Assembly: GCA_963663275.1 (NCBI GenBank)
Contig: OY760183.1
Span: 2,176,001-2,240,000 of the forward strand
Reading direction: 5' to 3'
Length of the DNA stretch: 64,000 bases
Source: Chloroflexota bacterium
GTDB lineage: Bacteria > Chloroflexota > UBA11872 > VXOZ01
This document shows, piece after piece, positions 38,760 to 52,117 of this stretch (position 1 is the stretch's first letter; every line of letters starts with the position of its first letter). Both the position numbers and the translations under genes were made by a program. The notes below the pieces were generated by a model. That model ran no database searches. It was not told the DNA's origin and worked only from the letters and a program-made list of their open reading frames with translations.

Positions 38760-40175
38760 TCAGACTAGACCCGCGCGGTCTTGGTTCAGGCGGACGCGCG
38801 CCGTTTGAATGGCGGCCTCAACTTGCGCGGGCGCCGTGCCGCCGGGGAGGTCGCGGGCCGCAAGCGAACCCTCTACCGCAATCGCGTCGAACACGTCCGC
38901 GGCAATGCGGTCGGACACTTTCTGGTACTCCGCCAGCGTCAAGTCCGCCAGGCCGCAGCCGCGCTCGAGGCACAAGCGCACGATGTTGCCTACCACCGTG
39001 TGCGCTTCGCGAAACGGCAGGCCCTTGCGCACGAGGTAGTCGGCGAGGTCGGTGGCCGTGGAAAAGCCGCCCTGAGCGGCCTCGGCCATGCGCGCGGCAT
39101 CGACGCGGAGCGTGCCAATCACGGCGTTCATGATGTCCAGGCACGCCGCCGTGGTGTCCATCCCGTCAAAGAGCGCCGCCTTGTCTTCCTGGAGGTCGCG
39201 ATTGTAGGTGAGCGGCAGCCCCTCGATGAGGGTAAGCAGCGCGAAGAGGTCGCCGAATACGCGGCCGGCCTTGCCGCGCGTCAGTTCCGCCGCGTCCGGA
39301 TTCTTCTTCTGGGGCATGATGCTGGAGCCGGTGGCGTAGGCGTCGTCAAGCTCTACGAAGCCGAACTCGGCGGACGACCAGAGGATGATCTCCGCCGCCA
39401 GCCGGGAGAGGTGCGCCATGATGAGACTGCACACGTGCAGCGCCTCGATTGCGAAGTCGCGGTCGCTCACCGCGTCCATGCTGTTCGCGGCAATGGCGTC
39501 GAAGCCAAGCTCCCGCGCCACGAATTCGCGGTCGAGCGGATACGGCGCGCCCGCCAGGGCCGCCGCGCCCAGCGGCAGCACGTTGACCCGCGCCCGGCAC
39601 TCCCGCGAACGGGCAACGTCGCGGGCGAACATCTCCACGTAGGCAAGCAGGTGGTGGCCGAACGTCACCGGCTGCGCGCGCTGCATGTGCGTGTAGCCGG
39701 GCATGGCGGACGCAGCGTGCTCAGCGGCCCGGTCGAGCAGCGTCTCTTGAAATTGACAAAGTTGTAGACCGAGCGCGTCGAGCGCGCCCCGGAGCCACAG
39801 GCGCGCGTCGGTGGCCACCTGATCGTTGCGGCTGCGGGCCGTGTGCAGTTTGCCCGCCACCGCCCCGACGCGCTCCCGCAAGAGGTCTTCTATTGCCGAG
39901 TGTACGTCCTCCCAACGCTCCACGTCCGGCGTGATCGCCCCGTTCTCGATCTCGTCAAGTATTGCCGCCAGGCCCGCGCAGATGGCGTCGGCTTCCGCCT
40001 GGGCGATGATGCCCTGCTTGGCCAACATGCGGCAGTGCGCCCGCGAGCCGATGATGTCCTCGCGGTAGAGCCGCCAGTCCACCGGCAACGAGCTCGAAAA
40101 CGCCAGCATGTCGCCGGCCAGCGCCTTGCTGAAGCGCCCGCCCCACAACGTGGACGTTTCTTTGGTGTTCTCCAT
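38760..40175 (-). CDS. argH: Argininosuccinate lyase
   Basis: LWGGRF, HTARSRNDQV, GSSIMPQKKNPD, YNRDLQEDK. Confidence 0.96.
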   Translation of the reverse strand: MENTKETSTLWGGRFSKALAGDMLAFSSSLPVDWRLYREDIIGSRAHCRMLAKQGIIAQAEADAICAGLAAILDEIENGAITPDVERWEDVHSAIEDLLRERVGAVAGKLHTARSRNDQVATDARLWLRGALDALGLQLCQFQETLLDRAAEHAASAMPGYTHMQRAQPVTFGHHLLAYVEMFARDVARSRECRARVNVLPLGAAALAGAPYPLDREFVARELGFDAIAANSMDAVSDRDFAIEALHVCSLIMAHLSRLAAEIILWSSAEFGFVELDDAYATGSSIMPQKKNPDAAELTRGKAGRVFGDLFALLTLIEGLPLTYNRDLQEDKAALFDGMDTTAACLDIMNAVIGTLRVDAARMAEAAQGGFSTATDLADYLVRKGLPFREAHTVVGNIVRLCLERGCGLADLTLAEYQKVSDRIAADVFDAIAVEGSLAARDLPGGTAPAQVEAAIQTARVRLNQDRAGLV

Positions 40176-40206
40176 GCGAAACTGCGCCTAATGTCCGTTG
40201 GCAATC

Positions 40207-40545
40207 GTAGCGCGGGGGCTAGCCCCCCGCCGGGCCTGCAATCTTGTGTAGCGCGGGGGCTCGTCCCCCGCCAGGCCTGGGAAACTGTGTATCGCGGGGA
40301 TTCGTCCCCAATGCTGTCGCATTTAAACGCGATGAAAAGAGAGACTACGCTTGCTTCTCCGGTAGCGCAGGTTCGCACGGGAGGTGCGCGTAACCTGCGT
40401 CTTCCGCAGGGTCAATCCATGCCGTGAGCGAAGCTCGTCTTCCGGCGGGGGACAAGCCCTCGCGCTACGCTAATGCGACAGTATTGAGCACTGTTCCCCG
40501 ACGGGCCTGGGAAACCATGTAGCGCGGGGGCTTGTCCCCCGCCAG
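40207..40545. repeat. Family B REP-like tandem array (about 41-bp period) containing a second MITE copy at 40309-40486
   Basis: gtagcgcgggggctNgtcccccgccaggcctgg units; CAATGCTGTCGCATTT...TAATGCGACAGTATTG. Confidence 0.82.
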
Positions 40546-40671
40546 GATTGGAAATCTATAAATCAGAGGTGTCCACACCAAGTCGAAGAGGAGAAGATGG
40601 ATTCCCGCTTTCGCGGGAATGACGGACCGACCGCTGCCGCCCGAAAGGCGCCGCCCGGAAGGCGGGCGCGG

Positions 40672-41925
<1,254 letters not shown>

Positions 41926-42038
41926 AGTGATATTCCCCTCTTCCTAGACGTCAGGTAACGGACGTGCGCGAAAGTGCGCTCAACAGTGAACACTGAATGC
42001 GGAGGCTGCGCGACACGCCAAACCTGCGCGCAATGCCC

Positions 42039-43226
42039 TTAGAGAATTCCGCCCAGCGTTTTCTCAACCAGCGCCAGTCCTTCATCCGCTTCCGCGTCGG
42101 TCAGCGTCAGCGCCGGCGCCATGCGGATGCTGGGCGGAGCGACGCGGTTTACGATGAGGCCGCATTCCAACGCGTGCGCCAGGAACGACTCAGCCCGTTC
42201 TTCACCCAGATCGAACGCCAGCAGCAGCCCTTTGCCGCGAATGTCCGTAATTGCGTTGCCGTGGCGGGCGCTGATGCCGGCCAGCCCGGCCTTGAGGCGT
42301 TCGCCCTGGCGCTCCGCGTTCCGCCATAGTTCGTTCTCGATCACGTGGCCCACCACCGCCGCCGCGCCCGCGCAGACGAAGGGATTGCCGCCAAACGTGG
42401 AGCCGTGATCGCCGGGCACGAAAACCGCGGCGCGTTCGTTGACCATACAAGCGCCGATGGGCAAGCCGCCGCCCAGCGCCTTGGCCAGCGCCATCACGTC
42501 CGGTTGGATGCCGTAGTGCTCGTAAGCGAAGAAGCGTCCGGTGCGTCCGATGCCGGTCTGCACCTCGTCCAGCGCCAGCAGCAAGTCGTTCTCGTCGCAG
42601 AGCGCGCGCAGCCCCTGCACGTAGTCCTGGCCCGCCTCGTACACGCCGCCTTCACCCTGGATGAGTTCCACCAGGACGCCGGCCGTTTTCGGGCCCACCG
42701 CCGCCTGCGCCGCCGCCAGGTCGTTGAACGGCACGCGCACGAAGCCCTCCGGCATGGGCACGAAGTCTTCCTGGTAATGCGGGTTCGCCGTGGCCGCCAC
42801 GGAAGCGATCGTGCGTCCGTGGAAGGCGTTGGTCATCACGATGATTTCATAGGCCCCGTCGCGGTTCAGCTTGCCGTATTTTCTGACGATTTTGATGGTG
42901 GTCTCCAGCGCCTCCGAGCCGCTATTCACGAAGAAGACCCGGTCCAGCGCGGAGTTTTCCACCAGCAACTCCGCCAGCTCGTACTGCCGGGGCACGTGGA
43001 ACAGCGAGGAGGTATGCAGCAGCGTGGTCGCCTGCTGCGCAATCGCCTTCACCTGTACGGGATGGGCATGGCCGAGCGCGTTGACCGCGATGCCCTGCAA
43101 GAAGTCCAGGTAACGCCTGCCGCGATCATCCCACACCCACGAGCCGTCGCCGGACACCAACGTCACCGGCAGGCGGTTGAATGTGTTCATGTAGTACTGC
43201 TTCTCTTTGGCAGGCCAGTCGGTCAT
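42039..43226 (-). CDS. argD: Acetylornithine aminotransferase
   Basis: GIAVNALGHAHP, NSGSEA, FHGRT, DEVQTGIGRTG, AKALGGG, HGSTFGGNP; next to argG/argH. Confidence 0.9.
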   Translation of the reverse strand: MTDWPAKEKQYYMNTFNRLPVTLVSGDGSWVWDDRGRRYLDFLQGIAVNALGHAHPVQVKAIAQQATTLLHTSSLFHVPRQYELAELLVENSALDRVFFVNSGSEALETTIKIVRKYGKLNRDGAYEIIVMTNAFHGRTIASVAATANPHYQEDFVPMPEGFVRVPFNDLAAAQAAVGPKTAGVLVELIQGEGGVYEAGQDYVQGLRALCDENDLLLALDEVQTGIGRTGRFFAYEHYGIQPDVMALAKALGGGLPIGACMVNERAAVFVPGDHGSTFGGNPFVCAGAAAVVGHVIENELWRNAERQGERLKAGLAGISARHGNAITDIRGKGLLLAFDLGEERAESFLAHALECGLIVNRVAPPSIRMAPALTLTDAEADEGLALVEKTLGGIL

Positions 43227-43727
43227 GCCGTTCCCTTCCTTCCCGCGATGCTGAAAACACACGTAGCCTAGTATAGCGCAGACTCAGGCGGTTTTGTACC
43301 GTGCGAGCGCAAAGCGACTGAAGTCGATTGACGATCTCTTGTCAGTGAATGCAGAGTCATCGTTGACGAGACGTGCGCGGGGCTTCATCTAGACGCGGCC
43401 GCCTTGGGAATTGGCACATGCCGTTGGCCCTGCAACTCGCGTGCAAAGGCCACGGTGAATGCCAGACAATTGGCAAGGCGATCTCCGATGTTCCCGCGAA
43501 TGCGGTGATCCCTTTGCGCCGCGCGGCTGTACTCAGGCTTGCGCTCGCTGCGAGGCCGGCTGCGGGAAGCGCCGGGGCGCGGTCACCCTCACCCTGGCCC
43601 TCTCCCTCGAGGGAGAGGGGACAAAATTGCAGACCTGCAGACTGCGCGCGGGCCGCCGCTTTAGAGGAATGTCGGGCTTCAAGCGCAAGCCAAGGCGTTG
43701 GCTGGATTACGTCGCTGCGCGGGAAAG

Positions 43728-44930
<1,203 letters not shown>

Positions 44931-45003
44931 GACTTTTGTCCCTTCTCTTCCTCACGTGCCTGATAGTTTCGCGGCGGCTTGCATTTAGGCGCGGCCGCGC
45001 GCA

Positions 45004-46275
45004 TCATGTTCCTTCTTCCCAAGACGACATGTATTTCTCTTGATCCGGCGTGAGCTTGTCGATGGTGAGCCCCATCGAATCGAGCTTGAGGCGCGCCACG
45101 CTGGCGTCGATGGCGGCGGGCACGGTGTACACCCGGTCATCCAGTTCCGCGTGATTCGCCACGACGTACTCCGTGCTCAAGGCTTGGTTGGCAAAGCTCA
45201 TGTCCATTACGCTGGCGGGATGGCCCTCAGCGCCCGATAGGTTGACCAAGCGCCCGTCGCTGAGCAGTGAGATGCGTCTGCCGCTCGGCAAGCTGAACTC
45301 CTCCACCTGATCCCGCACCATGGCAGACGAGTCGGCCAGTTTGCGCAGCGCCGGGATGTTGATCTCCACGTTGAAGTGCCCGGCGTTGGCGATGATCGCG
45401 CCGTCTTTCATGGCGGCGAAGTGCGCGAGGTCGAGCACGTGCCGGTTGCCCGTCACCGTGATGTAGACGTCGCCGCGCGACGCGGCCAGATGCAGCGGCA
45501 ACACCCGGAAGCCGTCCATGGCGGCTTCCAGCGCGTTGAGCGGGTCAACCTCGGTCACGATAACCTGCGCGCCGGCGCCCTTGGCCCGGGCGGCGATGCC
45601 GCGTCCGCACCAGCCGTAGCCGCACACGACCACGGTACGGCCCGCCAGCAGAATGTTCGTCAGGCGCAGAATGCCGTCCAGGCTGCTCTGGCCCGTGCCG
45701 TAGCGGTTGTCGAAGAGGTGTTTCGTCTTCGCCTCGTTGACGGCGATGATCGGATAGCGCAGGACGTTGTTCTCCTCCATGCTGCGCAGGCGCACCACGC
45801 CGGTGGTCGTCTCCTCGGTGCCGCCCACCAAGGTGTCCAGGAGCGCCGGCCGCTGCTTGTGCGCCACGGTCACCAGGTCGCAGCCGTCGTCCATCGTAAT
45901 GTGCGGTTCGTGGTCCAGGGCCGCGTCGATGTGGCGGTAGTAGGTCTGCTCGTCCTCGCCCTTGATGGCGAACGTGGGGATGCCGAAGTCCTCGACCAGC
46001 GACGCGGCAACGTCATCCTGCGTCGAGAGCGGGTTCGAGGCGCAGAGCACGGCGTCCGCGCCGCCGGCTTTGAGCGTGCGCATGAGATTGGCGGTCTCGC
46101 TGGTCACGTGCAGGCAGGCGGCGATGCGCATGCCCGCCAGCGGCTGCTCGTCCGCAAAGCGTTCGCGGATGAGTTGGAGCACTGGCATCATGCGGTCGGC
46201 CCACTCGATGCGCAGTTTTCCCTGGGGGGCGAGGCCCCTGTCCTTTACATCGCTATTGACGGTTGCCGTAGCCAT
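45004..46275 (-). CDS. ahcY: Adenosylhomocysteinase
   Basis: CLHVTSETA, SNPLSTQD, EETTTG, KHLFDNRYGTGQS, GRLVNL..AEGHP. Confidence 0.96.
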   Translation of the reverse strand: MATATVNSDVKDRGLAPQGKLRIEWADRMMPVLQLIRERFADEQPLAGMRIAACLHVTSETANLMRTLKAGGADAVLCASNPLSTQDDVAASLVEDFGIPTFAIKGEDEQTYYRHIDAALDHEPHITMDDGCDLVTVAHKQRPALLDTLVGGTEETTTGVVRLRSMEENNVLRYPIIAVNEAKTKHLFDNRYGTGQSSLDGILRLTNILLAGRTVVVCGYGWCGRGIAARAKGAGAQVIVTEVDPLNALEAAMDGFRVLPLHLAASRGDVYITVTGNRHVLDLAHFAAMKDGAIIANAGHFNVEINIPALRKLADSSAMVRDQVEEFSLPSGRRISLLSDGRLVNLSGAEGHPASVMDMSFANQALSTEYVVANHAELDDRVYTVPAAIDASVARLKLDSMGLTIDKLTPDQEKYMSSWEEGT

Positions 46276-46301
46276 TGCGTCTCTCCTTGATGAGACCGGA
46301 C

Positions 46302-47213
46302 TTAATTGAGGGTATCAAAATGCGTATACGAGATGAACTCGCGGTAGCGCCGCTGAATGTCTTCCCGCGTTACGTCCTTCAGGCGGTTTACGCTGAAGTC
46401 TTCCACCGTGAAAGAGGCGACGACGCTGCCGTGAATGAGCGCGCGGTGAAGGCCGCGTTCGCTTTCGCGCCCATGGTGCGCGATGTAGCCGAGAAAGCCG
46501 CCAGCAAAGGAATCTCCCGCCCCGGTTGGGTCTACCACGTCCTCCAAAGGGTACGCGGGAGCGTAGTAGTAGCCGTCCCGGGTAACCAACGCGGCCCCGT
46601 GCTCGCCCTTCTTGACAATGAGCGCGCGCGGCCCCAGCGCCAACACCTGACGCGCCGCTCGCAACAGACTGTGTTCTCCGGTGTATTGTCGCAACTCCTC
46701 GTCGTTGACCATGATGAGATCGACCCGGCGCATCACCGCGGTCAGCGTCTCGCGTTGCGTCTCGATCCAGTAATTCATCGTGTCCAGCACGGTCAATGTG
46801 GGCCTTTCCATCTGGTCGAGCGCGTTCAATTGGATGGTTGGATCGACGTTTGCCAGGAAGACGAACGGCGTCCGGCGGTAGGCGGCGGGCAACGTGGGGT
46901 TGAACGTGGCCAGCACGTTGAGATCGGTTGCCAGCGTATCCCGTGTGTTCATGTCGCGGTGGTACTTGCCGGCCCAATGGAAGGTCTTGCCTTCCTGGAC
47001 TTCAAGACCCTCCAGGTCGAACTGCCGCTCCTGGAGATACGCCATGTAGTCCGGGGGAAAGTCCGCGCCGACAACACCGATGATCTGCACCGGCCCGTAG
47101 AGGCTGCCGGCGGTGGCGGCGTAGACGGCGGAGCCGCCCAGCACACCCTCAGCGGACGCGGAGGGCGTCACAATGTCGTCAGTGGCGACGGTGCCGACGA
47201 TCAACATGCTCAT
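46302..47213 (-). CDS. PfkB-family kinase, possibly adenosine/nucleoside kinase
   Basis: LGGSA.Y, DTMNYWI, KKGEHGA, DPTGAGDSFAGGF; between mtnP and ahcY. Confidence 0.8.
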   Translation of the reverse strand: MSMLIVGTVATDDIVTPSASAEGVLGGSAVYAATAGSLYGPVQIIGVVGADFPPDYMAYLQERQFDLEGLEVQEGKTFHWAGKYHRDMNTRDTLATDLNVLATFNPTLPAAYRRTPFVFLANVDPTIQLNALDQMERPTLTVLDTMNYWIETQRETLTAVMRRVDLIMVNDEELRQYTGEHSLLRAARQVLALGPRALIVKKGEHGAALVTRDGYYYAPAYPLEDVVDPTGAGDSFAGGFLGYIAHHGRESERGLHRALIHGSVVASFTVEDFSVNRLKDVTREDIQRRYREFISYTHFDTLN

Positions 47214-47312
47214 GTGCTTCTTCCGTGCCTCCGGCTCATTCGCTCAATTCAAACACGGGCTGCGGCGGGACCACCCTGGCGCTCTTGGCAGTCTTCGCCG
47301 CGCTTTTCAGGG

Positions 47313-48185
47313 TCACAGGTACTTGCCGACAATCAGGTCTAACGCGGCGCGTTGCGCCGGCGGAATGCTGTCCGGCGCCGTGATGACGGCGTTGGCCAGC
47401 GCGTCCGGGCAGGGGCAGCCGGTTCTTTCCTGCGGCAGCGCGGTGACGGCGCGCCGCACGATCTCCTTGGCATGGTCGACGTTCCGCTGGAGGTTCTCGA
47501 CCACCATCTCGACGGACACCTCGCCGGCCGTTTCGTGCCAGACGTCGTAGTCGGTGACGCAGGCGAGCGCGGCGTAGCAGATTTCGGCTTCCCGCGCCAG
47601 CTTGGCCTCCGGTACCGCCGTCATGCCGATCACGTCCATGCCCCAGCCGCGATAGACTTCGGACTCGGCCTTCGTGGAGAACTGGGGGCCTTCAATGCAA
47701 ATGTACGTGCCTCCGTTGTGCATCGCAACCCCGGTCGCCTGGCCGGCCTGATAGAGCGTGCCGCTTACCACGGGGCAGTACGGCTGCGCCAAGCCCACGT
47801 GGGCCACGATGCCCTCGCCAAAGAAGGTGCTGACGCGCCGCTTGGTGTGGTCGTAGAGCTGGTCCGGCACGAGAATGTGCTGGGGCGCCAGTTCTTCCCG
47901 CAGGGAGCCGCACGCCGAGATGGAGATGAGAATCTCGACGCCGAGGCGCTTGAAGCCAAACACGTTGGCGCGGGCGTTGAGGTCGCTAGGCTGGATGCGG
48001 TGTCCGCGCCCGTGCCGGGGCAGGAAGGCGAGCGAAACGCCGTGCAGCGAACCCAAGGTGAAGGCGTCGCTGGGCGGGCCGAACGGCGTAGAGACATGCA
48101 CGTCCCGCCGGTCTTGCAGTCCTTCCACGTCCGCAAAGCCGGTACCGCCGATGATACCTACTCGCGCAGCGGGTTGCATCCCCAT
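47313..48185 (-). CDS. mtnP: S-methyl-5'-thioadenosine phosphorylase
   Basis: GIIGGTG, TPFGPPS, RHGRGH, EGPQFSTKAES, GMTAVPEAKLAREAE, TDYD; TGATG overlap with mtnA. Confidence 0.93.
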   Translation of the reverse strand: MGMQPAARVGIIGGTGFADVEGLQDRRDVHVSTPFGPPSDAFTLGSLHGVSLAFLPRHGRGHRIQPSDLNARANVFGFKRLGVEILISISACGSLREELAPQHILVPDQLYDHTKRRVSTFFGEGIVAHVGLAQPYCPVVSGTLYQAGQATGVAMHNGGTYICIEGPQFSTKAESEVYRGWGMDVIGMTAVPEAKLAREAEICYAALACVTDYDVWHETAGEVSVEMVVENLQRNVDHAKEIVRRAVTALPQERTGCPCPDALANAVITAPDSIPPAQRAALDLIVGKYL

Positions 48186-49294
48186 CAGGCGTGTACGCTC
48201 TCCTTGGGCGCGTCCGCCGGAGCGAACGGCGCTTGTTCCCGCTGATTTTGCGCTCGGCGGGCAGCGTTTACGGCCGCGGCCAGCGCCGGACCGTAGGGCG
48301 GCTCCAGCACCCCGGTTTCGGTGATAATCGCCGTCACGAGCGCGTGCGGCGTCACGTCGAAGGCGGGATGCGCGGCGGGCGTGCCTTCCGGCGCGATCTG
48401 AATGCCCGCGAAGCGGCGCACTTCGCCGGCCTCGCGCTCTTCTATGGGAATCTCGCTGCCCGTGGCTATGCCGCGGTCGATGGTCGAGGCAGCGGCGGCG
48501 ACGTAGAAGGGAATCCCGTGATGGCGCGCCAGTACGGCAAGCGGGTACGTGCCAATCTTGTTGGCAACGTCGCCGTTGGCCGCGATCCGGTCCGCGCCAA
48601 CGATGACCTTCCGCGCGGCCCCGCGCTGCATGAAGTGTCCGGCCATGCTGTCCGTGATGAGCGTGTGGGGAATACCGAGTTGGCAAAGTTCCCACGCGGT
48701 CAGGCGCGCCCCTTGCAGGTAGGGCCGGGTCTCGTCCACCAGCACGTGTATTGCCTTGCCCGCCTCGTGCGCGGCGCGAATGACTCCCAGCGCGGTGCCG
48801 TATTCCACGCAGGCCAGGCCGCCGGTGTTGCAATGGGTCAAAACGGTGTCGCCGTCGGCGAGCAGGTGTTGCCCGTGTGCGCCGATTGCGCGATTGGCGG
48901 CCGCGTCTTCACGCGCGATTGCTTGCGCTTCCAGCAGCGCGGCATCGCGCATGGCCGCGACGCCGGATGCCGCCGCCGCCGCCACCGCCCGCATCACGCG
49001 CGCAATCGCCCAAGTGAGGTTTACCGCCGTGGGCCGGGTTGCGCCCAAGACCTGCGCGTCATTGTCAAGCGCCGCCAGGAGCGCGTCTGCAGAGGCCGCG
49101 CGCTCTTGTTGCGCGCCCAAGGCGAGGCCGTACGCGGCGCAAGCGCCAATAGCCGGCGCTCCGCGAATCTTCATCTCGCGGATTGCGGTGGCCACCTCTG
49201 CCACGGTGCGGCAGACCGTGACCTCCAGCCGGTGCGGCAGTTGGCGTTGGTCGATGAGGCGAACGCCTTCAGGAGACCATTCAACGGTGCGCAT
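48185..49294 (-). CDS. mtnA: Methylthioribose-1-phosphate isomerase
   Basis: IDQRQLP, IRGAPAIG, RPTAVNL, THCNTGGLA, ETRPYLQGARLTAWE, ANKIGTY. Confidence 0.95.
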   Translation of the reverse strand: MRTVEWSPEGVRLIDQRQLPHRLEVTVCRTVAEVATAIREMKIRGAPAIGACAAYGLALGAQQERAASADALLAALDNDAQVLGATRPTAVNLTWAIARVMRAVAAAAASGVAAMRDAALLEAQAIAREDAAANRAIGAHGQHLLADGDTVLTHCNTGGLACVEYGTALGVIRAAHEAGKAIHVLVDETRPYLQGARLTAWELCQLGIPHTLITDSMAGHFMQRGAARKVIVGADRIAANGDVANKIGTYPLAVLARHHGIPFYVAAAASTIDRGIATGSEIPIEEREAGEVRRFAGIQIAPEGTPAAHPAFDVTPHALVTAIITETGVLEPPYGPALAAAVNAARRAQNQREQAPFAPADAPKESVHA

Positions 49295-49524
49295 AGTGTC
49301 TTCAACTTACACTAAGCTAACGGGTATTGACGTGTGGTACTCCGGCCACGCCCGCGCATCCTAGTCTAACGAAAGCGGGGCGCGGAGGGCCGGTTTAAAC
49401 CGAATGCCTTCCCATGCTTGCACGGGAAGGCGCGGAAGGGTTCTTAGGTTTGGTATGCGATTACTCCCCGTCCGTCTGCGCGGCGCCCCGGCAATGCTGC
49501 GGCGGGACGCCCGGAGGTTCGGTT

Positions 49525-49866
49525 CTAGCCAAGGCGCGGCTCTGCGCTCGCGGCGGCCGTTTGCGGCTCCTCAACGTGCGGTTGGGCCGCCTGTGGTTCC
49601 GCCGCGGGCTCCTGTGCTCCTTGCGTTTCGTGGAGCCGCGTTTGCGCCTCTTCCGCCATGGTGCGTCCCCGCTCCACGATGCCTACGGTGCCTCCGCGCG
49701 CGCGTTCTACGGCGTCTTCAGCGCCTTTTCGCAGGTCTTCCGTCTTCTTACCAAGGTATTCGCGAGTTTCTTCCCCGCTCTGGGGCGTCAAGAGCATCGC
49801 TAGCACCACGCCGCAGAGGGCGCCAAAGGTCAAGCCGAAAATGAAACTTCCCGTATTGTTAGGCAT
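49525..49866 (-). CDS. YtxH-domain protein
   Basis: FIFGLTFGALCG...LLTPQSGEETR. Confidence 0.8.
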   Translation of the reverse strand: MPNNTGSFIFGLTFGALCGVVLAMLLTPQSGEETREYLGKKTEDLRKGAEDAVERARGGTVGIVERGRTMAEEAQTRLHETQGAQEPAAEPQAAQPHVEEPQTAAASAEPRLG

Positions 49867-49933
49867 AACATAATCTCCTGCCTGCGCGTGTAACGGACCG
49901 TTTTGATTAGTGGTCTTGTACTCTTAAATTGTA

Positions 49934-50239
49934 TCAACTGCGCACGTAATCCGCAAGATAGAGCAGGGTAACACACACCATCGACGCTTCTCCGGCGTGG
50001 AGGGTGCCGACCGGCTGAAAGACGGCCCCAACGTACGCGGCCGCAAGGTGGCCGAGCCAGAATCCCAGACAGCCGATCCCCAGGTACCAGAGGGTGGAAC
50101 GGTCTCCGCGACCGAACAGGACGTGGTAGGCAACGGATTCAAAACTCGCCAGCAGGAAGCCGAGCAGCAGCGCCGGCGGCACGAGCGCCAAGTAGTCGCG
50201 CAGCGTGTGAGAGAGAATCTCAAGGTCAAGGATGTTCAT
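49934..50239 (-). CDS. Small hypothetical membrane protein
   Basis: About three hydrophobic segments; co-oriented with ytxH. Confidence 0.55.
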   Translation of the reverse strand: MNILDLEILSHTLRDYLALVPPALLLGFLLASFESVAYHVLFGRGDRSTLWYLGIGCLGFWLGHLAAAYVGAVFQPVGTLHAGEASMVCVTLLYLADYVRS

Positions 50240-50351
50240 CGTGCGTGCTGTCCGGAACTGGCGGCGCCATGCCGGTAGGCCGGGCAATGGAGGCAGTGGC
50301 GTCGCGCTAGAGTATAGTGCATGCCGCTGTCTCCAAGAATCTTGAGCAATT

Positions 50352-50660
50352 GATGAGCATGCGTACAGCCGTTCGCCTAGAGCACTTCGACAAGCTCAGC
50401 ACAGGCCTGTCGAATTGTAAACGGCGGGTTGGCTATGGCGCACGGTACAACCCGTTCATACTTCGACAGGCTCAGCACGAACGGCTAGCACCGTGCGCAT
50501 AGTCCTAGATGAGCATGCGTACAGCCGTTCGCCTAGAGCACTTCGACAAGCTCAGCACAGGCCTGTCGAAAGGAGAACGGCGGGTTGGCTGTGGCGCACG
50601 GTACTACCCGTACATACTTCGACAGGCTCAGCACGAGCGGCTAGTACCGTGCTCATAGTC
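50352..50660. repeat. Tandem duplication (156-bp period) of palindromic family D element
   Basis: gatgagcatgcgtacagccgttcgcctagagcacttcgacaagctcagcacaggcctgtcgaa starts at 50352 and 50508. Confidence 0.9.
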
Positions 50661-50693
50661 TTATGCGACAAAACTGAACCGTAGAAGCGGCCC

Positions 50694-51926
50694 TCAGTCA
50701 TCCGCGGCAAGCGATAGCCGTGAAGGCGGCGCGCCGGTTTCCGCGCGGACGGCATTCACAGCGCCGGCCAGGATGTCTAGCGCGTCGTCGATGTCCGCGT
50801 GGGTGGTGTCCTTGCCAATGCTGAAGCGGAGCGCGCTGGCGGCGAGTGCCGTAGGCTTGCCCAGGGCGCGCAGCACGTGGGACGGTTCGACCGTGCCGGA
50901 CGTGCACGCCGCGCCGTTCGAGACGTCTACGCCGGCGAGGTCCAGGCGCAGCAGCAGCATTTCGTTCGATGCGCCGGGAAACGATACGTTCGCTATGCCG
51001 GCCACGCGCCGGGTCGGGTGACCGTTGCGCTCGCTCCAGGGCAAGCGTTCCTCGATGCCGCGCTCCAGGCGCTGGCGCAACTCCAGGGCGTGGGCGGCGC
51101 GGTCCGAGCGTTCGGCTTCCGCCAGGCGCAATGCCTCCGCCAGGCCCACGACGGCGGCCACGTTTTCCGTGCCGGGACGCTGCTCCCGCTCCTGCCCGCC
51201 GCCGGCGAACAATGGTTGAAACGGCACGCCGTGGCGCAGAACGAGCAAGCCGACGCCTTTCGGCCCGTAGCACTTGTGGGCGGTCAGCGAAAGCGCGTCC
51301 ACGCCCCAACCGGCGAGGCGCACGGGCAGATGGCCGGCGGCCTGGACCGCGTCGGTGTGCATCGGCACCCCGCGCTCCCGGCAGATGGCCGCAATCTCCC
51401 GCACCGGCTGGATGACGCCGATTTCATTGTTCACGGCCATGATGGAGACCAGCGCCGTGTCGTCGCGCAGCGCGGCCGCCACCGCCGCGGGATCTACCAG
51501 GCCGTCGCCGTCAACCGGCACGTACGTGACGCGAAAACCCTCTTGCTCAAGCTGCTCGCAGGCGTGGAGCACGGCATGGTGCTCGATTTGGCTGGTTACG
51601 ACGTGGCCGCCCCGGCCGGCGGCGCGTTGCGCCCGGGCGATGCCGAAGACGGCGCTGTTGTCGCTCTCCGTCCCGCCGCTGGTGAAAAGAATCTCGGTTG
51701 GCTGGCAGGCGAGCAATTGGGCGATCTGTTCGCGGGCGTCCTCTATGGCGCGGCGGGCGCGGCGGCCCGTGGCGTGGAGACTCGAGGGATTGCCGTAATT
51801 GTCCGTGAGATACGGCAGCATCGCCGCCACCACGCGCGCATCGAGCGGGGTCGTGGCGGCATAGTCCAGATAGATCCTGCGCCGTGGCTTCACTGTTTCG
51901 ATACCGGAATGCGAGGTTCGCGCCAT
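50694..51926 (-). CDS. iscS: Cysteine desulfurase (housekeeping IscS/NifS type)
   Basis: [36 protein letters not shown]; host-like GC. Confidence 0.9.
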   Translation of the reverse strand: MARTSHSGIETVKPRRRIYLDYAATTPLDARVVAAMLPYLTDNYGNPSSLHATGRRARRAIEDAREQIAQLLACQPTEILFTSGGTESDNSAVFGIARAQRAAGRGGHVVTSQIEHHAVLHACEQLEQEGFRVTYVPVDGDGLVDPAAVAAALRDDTALVSIMAVNNEIGVIQPVREIAAICRERGVPMHTDAVQAAGHLPVRLAGWGVDALSLTAHKCYGPKGVGLLVLRHGVPFQPLFAGGGQEREQRPGTENVAAVVGLAEALRLAEAERSDRAAHALELRQRLERGIEERLPWSERNGHPTRRVAGIANVSFPGASNEMLLLRLDLAGVDVSNGAACTSGTVEPSHVLRALGKPTALAASALRFSIGKDTTHADIDDALDILAGAVNAVRAETGAPPSRLSLAADD

Positions 51927-52117
51927 GCTGGGTGAGACGTGGCCGCTTGGCCGGACGGAAGGAGAGGGTCAAGCCGAGGACGCGCTCTGCGACGCGGCGA
52001 GAGCCATTTCAGTACAATGGGAACGGTTGGATGAAGTGTTTTCCTACTATAGCACGATCCGCCTGATTGGTGTACGTCTACGCTTCGTGGAATTGAGATG
52101 AATGTGGAGGATTGCAG

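Noticed and set aside
43340-43365. ARG box upstream of argD (agtgaatgcagagtcat)
   Set aside because: Single weak match with no tandem partner box.
48186-48833. Apparent 216-aa N-terminal extension of MtnP in the ORF track
   Set aside because: Overlaps mtnA in another frame; the true start is at the TGATG junction at 48185.
49295-49524. SAM or SAH riboswitch upstream of mtnA
   Set aside because: Only a simple hairpin (gccttccc...gggaaggc) is seen, with no recognisable riboswitch consensus; an Rfam scan is needed.
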